A stretch of 64,000 bases of DNA from NCBI GenBank assembly GCA_964550955.1, contig CAZKAF010000001.1, positions 393,920-457,919 of the forward strand. Direction: 5' to 3'. Of the stretch, positions 57,515 to 64,000 are shown one piece after another. Origin of the DNA: an uncultured Candidatus Saccharibacteria bacterium (lineage in GTDB: Bacteria; Patescibacteriota; Minisyncoccia; Phycocordibacterales; CAIZLB01). A program made the translations under genes and the position numbers. The notes beneath the pieces were generated by a model. That model saw only the letters and a list, made by a program, of their open reading frames with translations. It was not told the origin of the DNA and made no database searches. The stretch's first letter is position 1. Every line of letters starts with the position of its first letter.

Positions 57515-59257
57515 TTAATGCTGCGTCGTCTGCTGCGATTCGAATATTTGCCTATACTCGAACGATGCCGCCAGCAGCTCGGCATGCGTGCCCTGCGCGA
57601 TCATCTCGCCTTCCATGACGACGATTATCGAATCGTAGTCCGTGACCTGATTTATCTTTTGCGTAATGGAAATCAAGGTGACGTCCGGGTACATGGCCTT
57701 GACGTTGCCCAGGATAGTTTTCTCCGTCGCCTGGTCGACCCGCGCCGTGAAGTCGTCGAGAAGAAGAACTTTTGGATTTCGAGCCAAGGCTCGCGCAAGC
57801 ATGATTCTCTGCTTTTGGCCTCCTGAAAGGCTCGTACCTCGCTCGCTGACCAGCGTATCGAGCCCTTTGGGCAAAGTCCGTATCAAGTCTTCGAGCTCGG
57901 CCGCCTTTATGGCCTTGGACAGGACATCTTCAGTCACGTCGCCCGACAAGGCGATGTTTTCCCTGAACGTCGTGTTGAACATGAGGCTGTCCTGAAAGAC
58001 CAGGCCGATCTGGGACAGAAGCGAACTCTGGTCATGCTCGTTTATGTCGCGCCCGTCGATGCTGACCGCGCCCGCAGTCGCGCGCACGAGTCCGGTAAGC
58101 AGATAGAATATCTGGGTCTTGCCGCCGGCCGTCGGACCGACTATGGCAGTCCGCGTTCCCGACCGTATCCTGAAGGAGATGCCGTCGACTACGGTCTTCT
58201 CGACGCCGGATTCGTCCGCGTACGACAGGCTGACATTCTCAAACGCGATGTCGCCCTTGATCGGACCAGCATGCGATCCTCCGACGTGATCCACCTCGGC
58301 AGTCAGGACGGAGTTTATCCTTTTCAGGGAAACCGCCCCTCTCGAAATGGACGTACCGACGAACGCGAGGACGAAGAGCGGCCAGATGAACAATGCGGAA
58401 TAAGAGATGAAGGCGCTGAAGTTTCCGATGCTCAAGGTTCCGTCAATCGCCTGGACCCCTCCGAACCATATGATCATCATCACCGACAAGTTTGAAAGGA
58501 AGGTAATGATGGGAATCAGGGCGGAAATGTTCTTGACGATCGCGAAGCCTACGTCCTTCGACCGATTGTTTATGACGGCGAATTTCTCTATTTCGCTTGT
58601 GCCCGATCCAAGGACCCTGACCAACGCCGAGCCGCTGATTGTCTCGTTCATGAGGCTGTTTATTGATTCCAGGTTCTCCTGCGCCTTGTTGAAAAACTTC
58701 GAGAGCGTGGCGAACACGAAAAATATTACGATGACGATAATCGGAATGATCGAAATGGTAATCAGCCCGAGCCTCAGGTTGATGCTCAGGAGTATGACAA
58801 TCGTTCCGACGAGCACTATGAGCGCCCCGAGAAGCGTCGAGAGACCTTGCGCCAGAACCTGCTTGACCGCCTCGACGTCGGAGGTGCTGTTCGTGAGCAA
58901 TTTTCCCGTGCCCGTCTTCGAGATGTAATTGAACGTCTGATCGCCCAGCTTGTCGATCAATCTTCCCCTGAGATCCAAGGCGATTTTTTCGGAGAAATAT
59001 CCGGACACGAGAACCTGGACTGTCGTGATTGCGAGCGCGGAGACCGCGACTCCGAGCAGCACGAGCAGGCTTCCGTATGCCGAAGAGACCGTCCCACCGG
59101 CGACCGCGCGGTCGATGACGTTCGCCGAGAGCTTCGGTATGTACACGTACAGGCCGTTCGCCAGCAATGTCAAAAGCACCACGGCCGCGAAAAGCCATTT
59201 GTACAGCTTTACGAGCTGAACGAAGGACAGGGATTGATTTTCAGGTTTTGATCTCAC
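57515..59257 (-). CDS. ABC exporter permease/ATPase, heterodimer half with degenerate Walker B and H-loop
   Basis: Walker A GPTAGGKT, canonical signature LSGGQKQ, Walker B LLLDDFTARVD (Glu replaced by Asp), H-loop position ISITQK (His replaced by Gln). GTG start. 9-nt gap to the downstream partner gene. Confidence 0.85.
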   Translation of the reverse strand: MRSKPENQSLSFVQLVKLYKWLFAAVVLLTLLANGLYVYIPKLSANVIDRAVAGGTVSSAYGSLLVLLGVAVSALAITTVQVLVSGYFSEKIALDLRGRLIDKLGDQTFNYISKTGTGKLLTNSTSDVEAVKQVLAQGLSTLLGALIVLVGTIVILLSINLRLGLITISIIPIIVIVIFFVFATLSKFFNKAQENLESINSLMNETISGSALVRVLGSGTSEIEKFAVINNRSKDVGFAIVKNISALIPIITFLSNLSVMMIIWFGGVQAIDGTLSIGNFSAFISYSALFIWPLFVLAFVGTSISRGAVSLKRINSVLTAEVDHVGGSHAGPIKGDIAFENVSLSYADESGVEKTVVDGISFRIRSGTRTAIVGPTAGGKTQIFYLLTGLVRATAGAVSIDGRDINEHDQSSLLSQIGLVFQDSLMFNTTFRENIALSGDVTEDVLSKAIKAAELEDLIRTLPKGLDTLVSERGTSLSGGQKQRIMLARALARNPKVLLLDDFTARVDQATEKTILGNVKAMYPDVTLISITQKINQVTDYDSIIVVMEGEMIAQGTHAELLAASFEYRQIFESQQTTQH

Positions 59258-59366
59258 GGAAGTTTGCGTCTAAGCCTGCTTCGCGGAAAGCGAATGAATT
59301 AGCACACAAGTATACAACAGGATGCGCCTTGCTGTACAATGTATGCAAATAATCGCATCGCATGTC

Positions 59367-60239
59367 ATGAAAATCTTCAGAGCACTCAAAAAGCATGTCG
59401 CGATTCCGGCGCTGATCCTGGTCGGAGGAACGATCGCCCTGTACTTCGCATCATACGGAATCGTCACTCTCTTTACGGCGCCTTCGAATGACCGGGACTG
59501 GGCCGGCGACCAGGCAATGCTTCCTTACGCCGAATATTCCGAAGATCGGACAAGGGTCACGATTCGCAATATTCGAAATTTTACATACGCGAGCGCCGAC
59601 GAATATGCGCCGGGCTATTATGACAAGACATTTGACCTGAATGCCCTGAGAAAGGTGTACTACATCGTCGAGCCGTTCAAGGGCTTCAAGGGATCGGCCC
59701 ATGCGTTCCTGAGCTTCGAATTCGAGGACGATGACGGCGAGAAGGACTACGTGTCGATATCCGCCGAGATTCGAAAGGAAAAAGGCGAATCATTTTCTCC
59801 CATCAAGGGCCTGTTCAACAGATATGAAATCATGTATGTCATCGGCGACGAGAGGGACCTGGTGAAGCTCCGAACGAACTACAGGAAAGACGACGTGTAC
59901 GTATATCCGGTAAGGACCACCGAGCAGAAAGCTAGGCAGCTTTTCACGAGCATGCTGGACAGGGCCAATGAGCTCAAGGACGGCCCCGAGTTTTACAACA
60001 CCCTGTTCAACACCTGCACGACGAACATTCAGCGGCACACGAATGCCGTTACCGAAGGCAAGATTCCCTGGAGCTACAAGATACTTTTCCCGGCATATTC
60101 GGACGAGCTCGCCTTCGACCTTGGCATGATAGACACGGAAGCCGCCACCTTGGAGGAAGCCCGCGCGAAATTCAAGATAAACCAGAAAGCCGAGCTGCAC
60201 GCCGACTCGCCCGATTTCTCGGAGCGGATCAGGGAGTAG
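59367..60239 (+). CDS. Membrane-anchored protein, DUF4105/Lnb N-terminal domain-like (tentative)
   Basis: N-terminal TM helix. The conserved-looking YNTLFNTCTTN motif is recalled from the DUF4105 family, memory only. Confidence 0.35.
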   Translation: MKIFRALKKHVAIPALILVGGTIALYFASYGIVTLFTAPSNDRDWAGDQAMLPYAEYSEDRTRVTIRNIRNFTYASADEYAPGYYDKTFDLNALRKVYYIVEPFKGFKGSAHAFLSFEFEDDDGEKDYVSISAEIRKEKGESFSPIKGLFNRYEIMYVIGDERDLVKLRTNYRKDDVYVYPVRTTEQKARQLFTSMLDRANELKDGPEFYNTLFNTCTTNIQRHTNAVTEGKIPWSYKILFPAYSDELAFDLGMIDTEAATLEEARAKFKINQKAELHADSPDFSERIRE

Positions 60240-60257
60240 GCGTTCGCGGAAGCAGGT

Positions 60258-60776
60258 TCATTGTTTCTTCGAGAAAATTTCCACGGTCTTCCTGATCTCA
60301 TCCTGAATGCCGTCGATGCATTCGTAGCTCATGGCCTCTTCGGCATTTACCCATGCGAAGTCCGTAAACGAGCCCTCTTCGAGCTTCACCTCGCCTGTCT
60401 CGTATTTGGCCGCGAACTTCACCAGAATGACAGGCGTCTCGTCGGGCCGTATGAATGCCACGCTGTTTATGTATGCGAGCGCCGGCTGGATTTCAATGCC
60501 CGCCTCTTCGAGCGTTTCCCGTCTCAGCAAATCCTCAACCGCATCCTGATAGTCGAGGACGTCGCCATTGATTCGAGTCGGACGCGCCACGTCCATGTCT
60601 TTCCACTCAAGCTTTCCGCCAGGCACCGCGTACCTTCCCGGATGCACTTTCTCGCGCATGTCCCTTTTCAGGATCAGGCACCGTCCGTCCGATTCCCTGT
60701 AGACCACCACATTCGCCACGAAATAAAAGAGCTTGTCTTGCTTGGCATTATCAATGCTTATTTTTGTTGCTGGCAT
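60258..60776 (-). CDS. NUDIX hydrolase
   Basis: Canonical Nudix box GGKLEWKD...EDLLRRETLEEAGIEI. Confidence 0.85.
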   Translation of the reverse strand: MPATKISIDNAKQDKLFYFVANVVVYRESDGRCLILKRDMREKVHPGRYAVPGGKLEWKDMDVARPTRINGDVLDYQDAVEDLLRRETLEEAGIEIQPALAYINSVAFIRPDETPVILVKFAAKYETGEVKLEEGSFTDFAWVNAEEAMSYECIDGIQDEIRKTVEIFSKKQ

Positions 60777-60872
60777 GTTTTGCAGTTAGATTGCTATGCA
60801 GGAAGTATAGCACTGCGCCGAGCCGCTTCAAGCGCGATTTTGCCGTCCTATTCCGCCTGGCATTCCTTCCTC

Positions 60873-62039
60873 TTACATGACCCTGTCGACAATGGTCTCC
60901 CGCCGTTTCTGAATCATTTTCAGGAACGGATGCTCTATGTATTTATACGTGACCGCCGAGACGAGGACCGTGACGATGCCGGAAAGAAGTATCAGGCCCC
61001 AGAACTGCTGAGGGGACGTGTTCGCGATCGGCAAAAGCAAATTCGCGATGTTAAGCACGGCGTACAGGATGATGCCATGGATAAGATAGATGCTGTAACT
61101 GAGCGTTCCGAGAAATTTCGCGGCTCGCGTCTTCAGAAGGCCGAACAGGTCGTTTCCGTAAATGAAGCATAGGAAGATTCCGAGCGAGACGCAATATTGA
61201 AGGAACGAATACGGCTTGTACTGTATCGAGTACACGAGGAAAAGCCCGAGTACGGGCAAGATTCCCGCCCAAAAGCGGCTGGCAAGGCTCCATTTCGGAA
61301 TCTTATGAACAATGTGCGCGGCCAGGATGCCGAACATGAAAATCATCCAGTAGCCCCGATCGGCCGACGTGAACGCGAATGCGAGTATCGGTATGAGCAT
61401 GATGCGAGCCTCGACGCTTTTCAGCGCAAGGGCCGATACGGGAAGGAACAGATAGAAGATCCATTCGAAATGAAGGGTCCAGTGGATGCCGGCGTTAATC
61501 GGAATGATCGTGTCGCCGTTGACCGTCGTCGTGGTATGAAGGCCGAGCGTCAGCCAAGAAAGCACATCCCGCACGAGCGTTCCGACTGAGGCAAAAGAAA
61601 ATCTCGTTTCGATTAATGCAGCGATGGTCACGATGGCTGCCGAAACGAGGTACATGGGAGCGAGTCTCAGGAATCTGCTGCGATACAGGCCCATGATGTC
61701 CACTTCTCCTTTTTTGGCCATCGCCTTGGACCAATAGAGGAAGCTGGTGATGATGAAAAAGAGAATGACCGACTCGCCTCCCAAATGCCTGTAGAAGCGT
61801 ATGTCGGTAATCTGCCAGATGCCGGTCGAGAAGTACGCGAAGTTCGTGACGGCATGCTGAAAGAACACGCCGAAGGCCAGGAATCCCCGAAGCCCGTCCA
61901 GGCTTTCATAGCGGCCGCCCGCCTCCGAATCCGCGATTTTCTTATAGAAAGGAATGTACCGGACGAGAACTGACGCGAAAACCGTAATGATGAGCATCAC
62001 GACGAAGAATGGCAAAATGCTGGTATGACTGAATTGCAT
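60873..62039 (-). CDS. Acyltransferase family 3 (OafA/YrhL-like) membrane O-acyltransferase
   Basis: LDGLRGFLAFGVFFQHAV motif and a 10-TM topology. Start at MQFSHT. Confidence 0.75.
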   Translation of the reverse strand: MQFSHTSILPFFVVMLIITVFASVLVRYIPFYKKIADSEAGGRYESLDGLRGFLAFGVFFQHAVTNFAYFSTGIWQITDIRFYRHLGGESVILFFIITSFLYWSKAMAKKGEVDIMGLYRSRFLRLAPMYLVSAAIVTIAALIETRFSFASVGTLVRDVLSWLTLGLHTTTTVNGDTIIPINAGIHWTLHFEWIFYLFLPVSALALKSVEARIMLIPILAFAFTSADRGYWMIFMFGILAAHIVHKIPKWSLASRFWAGILPVLGLFLVYSIQYKPYSFLQYCVSLGIFLCFIYGNDLFGLLKTRAAKFLGTLSYSIYLIHGIILYAVLNIANLLLPIANTSPQQFWGLILLSGIVTVLVSAVTYKYIEHPFLKMIQKRRETIVDRVM

Positions 62040-62238
62040 GGATAGATATCGGTCTGATTTTAGTAAAGGGAATTTCCGAGTCCAATTTCCAGACTCCGCG
62101 AATCCGTCAATCATTCCATTGTAGCACGCCATGCCCGGCGATTTATGAATTTTTTATGATATCTTCCGCGCCCCCGCCAATTATTTGCCGTCGTCGGTTG
62201 CTTTCTTTGCCCCCTGTTCAGCTCACCCCCGGCGCGCC

Positions 62239-62634
62239 TTAGCCAATCAGGCATACCGCATTCAGGCAGTATCTCTTTCCCGTTTCCGTCGGTCCGTCCT
62301 CGAACATGTGGCCTAGATGGGATCCGCACTTGGTGCAGACCGTTTCGGTGCGAGTCATGCCATGCACCGTATCGGTCACCTCCCTGACGGAGCCGTCGAT
62401 AGCCTGGTCGAAGCTCGGCCAGCCCGTGCCCGAATCGAACTTCGCGTCTTCCTTGAAAAGAGGATTGCCGCATGCCGCGCATTTGTAAACGCCGTCAGCG
62501 GCAGGGCTTAATTTTCCGGTAAACGGAGCTTCGGTTCCCTTTTGCCGAAGAACCCTGTATTGCTCGGGAGTGAGCCTTGTCTTCCACTCTTCTTCCGTCT
62601 TCGGCACGTCTGCGGGCAAGTCGTTTTGCGTCAT
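62239..62634 (-). CDS. msrB: Peptide methionine sulfoxide reductase MsrB
   Basis: Two CxxC pairs (CAACGNPLF and CTKCGSHLGHMF) and GWPSF; the SelR/MsrB fold. Confidence 0.9.
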   Translation of the reverse strand: MTQNDLPADVPKTEEEWKTRLTPEQYRVLRQKGTEAPFTGKLSPAADGVYKCAACGNPLFKEDAKFDSGTGWPSFDQAIDGSVREVTDTVHGMTRTETVCTKCGSHLGHMFEDGPTETGKRYCLNAVCLIG

Positions 62635-62682
62635 ATGCTTTTGCTTACATTAAATTTAGTAAATTTTGACGAGAAGCCGGAA

Positions 62683-63234
62683 TCAGCTCGATTTCAGCAA
62701 TTCGGCGAACGCATGCTGAATCTTCTCAAGCTTCGGATTGATGACGACCTGGCAATACCTGTTTCCGGGATTGTTCGCGAGATAGTCATGATGATAATTC
62801 TCCGCTTCGTAAAATTCCGCAAGAGGAACAACTTCCGTCACGACAGGGTCGCCCTCCGAATTTGAATCGTCAATTTCCTTTATCATCTCTTCGGCTTCCG
62901 CCTTCTGATTCTCATTCGCGTAAAAGATGACCGAGCGATACTGCGTCCCGACATCGGCTCCTTGCCTGTTCGGCGTCGTCGGATCATGGCTTGCGAAAAA
63001 TACGGTCAGCAGCGTCCTGTATGAAACTGACGCCGGATCATATTCGACGGAAATGACTTCAGCGTGACCGGTCGTTCCGGCAGACACCTGCTCATAGGTC
63101 GGATTCGCGACAGCGCCTCCCGCATAGCCGGGCTTCGCGGCTGACACGCCCTTAAGCATCTTGAATACCGCCTCGGTGCACCAGAAGCATCCTCCGCCAA
63201 AAACCGCCTTTTCTGTTTTTTTCGTATCAGTCAT
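62683..63234 (-). CDS. msrA: Peptide methionine sulfoxide reductase MsrA
   Basis: Active site GGGCFWCTEAVF. Confidence 0.9.
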   Translation of the reverse strand: MTDTKKTEKAVFGGGCFWCTEAVFKMLKGVSAAKPGYAGGAVANPTYEQVSAGTTGHAEVISVEYDPASVSYRTLLTVFFASHDPTTPNRQGADVGTQYRSVIFYANENQKAEAEEMIKEIDDSNSEGDPVVTEVVPLAEFYEAENYHHDYLANNPGNRYCQVVINPKLEKIQHAFAELLKSS

Positions 63235-63256
63235 GCTGCTTGCGTCGAGGCTAATT

Positions 63257-63847
63257 CTAATTCAGCGCGACGCAATTCTGATATGTCATCACGCCGGACT
63301 GCTCGATCATCGCGCCCTCTCCTTTTGACCAGAACTTGAACGACGCGTCGGAATCAGAGTGAAAGGCGCCTGAGGCTGACATCGCGGGATTTAACGCGAA
63401 GGATTTGCCCGTGTCCAAAGTCACGGTCACGGTCGATACGGTATTGGAGGTCGCCTCGCGCGAAGCGCCGCCTGAATTCAAGGGCACGGGTATCGAAGTG
63501 TTCGCGTATGTCTCGACGAAGCTCTTGCCTCCATCGCACATGTATTTAAAAGACATCACTTCCACGACATGCCCTTCCCTTGTCGTAGTCGAATAATTCA
63601 GCAGCGCGGCATCGAGGTTCCCCCGATTCGAATCAGGAAAACCGTCCCGTCCTGCATCTGCATCATTGCCGTCCAGGGGATGTCCGACCCCGCATCTGCC
63701 GTCGCGTTCGCAGCCATGCGGCCTCAGTCCGGCATTCGGATCATATTTTTTCGATCCGAGAGCGTATCCGACAAAGAATACCGCCACGAAGAGGACTACG
63801 GCCAACGTCTGCGAATACCAAGTAACCTTTTTGAATTCAATAGCCAT
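63257..63847 (-). CDS. Membrane-anchored secreted protein, MliC-like (tentative)
   Basis: N-terminal anchor, with FKYMCDGG...SASGAF...FWSKGEGAM...C resembling the MliC lysozyme-inhibitor fold. Memory-based call. Confidence 0.4.
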   Translation of the reverse strand: MAIEFKKVTWYSQTLAVVLFVAVFFVGYALGSKKYDPNAGLRPHGCERDGRCGVGHPLDGNDADAGRDGFPDSNRGNLDAALLNYSTTTREGHVVEVMSFKYMCDGGKSFVETYANTSIPVPLNSGGASREATSNTVSTVTVTLDTGKSFALNPAMSASGAFHSDSDASFKFWSKGEGAMIEQSGVMTYQNCVALN

Positions 63848-63871
63848 GTGAATATTTATGATTGCTAATGA

Positions 63872-64000
63872 CTATATTTTACCACAAGCGGAAGAATCCC
63901 AAAGGCCGTTCGAATGATATTTCGCATACGCCTCGGCCTGCTTGAAGCTGGCCTGATACGCATACGGCTTGTCATGCGTGTACTCATGCCCGTAGCCTTC
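63872..64000 (-). CDS. 3' end of a CDS continuing beyond the window
   Basis: Minus-strand frame reads ...EGYGHEYTHDKPYAYQASFKQAEAYAKYHSNGLWDSSACGKI-stop. Product unknown. Confidence 0.3.
   Translation of the reverse strand, partial: EGYGHEYTHDKPYAYQASFKQAEAYAKYHSNGLWDSSACGKI

Noticed and set aside
1-64000. CRISPR arrays, IS elements, integrases or other mobile-element hallmarks, rRNA genes.
   Set aside because: I saw no regularly spaced direct repeats, no transposase or integrase-like ORFs, no terminal inverted repeats flanking genes, and no rRNA-like conserved stretches.

Overview
The window reads as a dense, streamlined chromosomal segment of roughly 55% GC. No mobile elements, CRISPR arrays or rRNA genes are visible. 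The gene content fits a reduced-genome bacterium, possibly a CPR/Patescibacteria-type lineage (inference only), with shortened or insertion-bearing housekeeping proteins. Recognisable housekeeping genes include the ftsZ 3' end, trxB-like, class I fructose-bisphosphate aldolase, two divergent tRNAs (Val-GAC, Glu-TTC), pheA, nrnA, tsaD, valS, hsp20, rpsP, RNase R, a short SMC, rnc, nusB, rpmF, purK, rnhB, dnaE, thrS, ung, gyrB, murF, lexA, msrA and msrB. Many genes have an extended -10 element 6-11 nt upstream of the start codon and no Shine-Dalgarno, which points to leaderless or short-leader expression. Four features are worth a second look: (1) a lexA operon whose sigma70-type promoter carries a perfect GAAC-N4-GTTC SOS box as its 17-nt spacer, with lexA cotranscribed with a small ORF and a large Pro/Ser/Ala-rich bitopic membrane protein, and a Pif1/RecD-like helicase just upstream; (2) a cell-surface gene cluster (PKD-repeat protein, lipoproteins, L,D-transpeptidase, sortase, tandem-CARDB protein) in which two paralogous surface proteins share a noncanonical (V/I)PATG sorting signal and a conserved, unusually long cytoplasmic tail; (3) a NusB-NUDIX fusion gene; (4) an ORF-poor, hairpin-rich roughly 700-bp stretch beside the tRNAs, followed by an AT-rich orphan gene.
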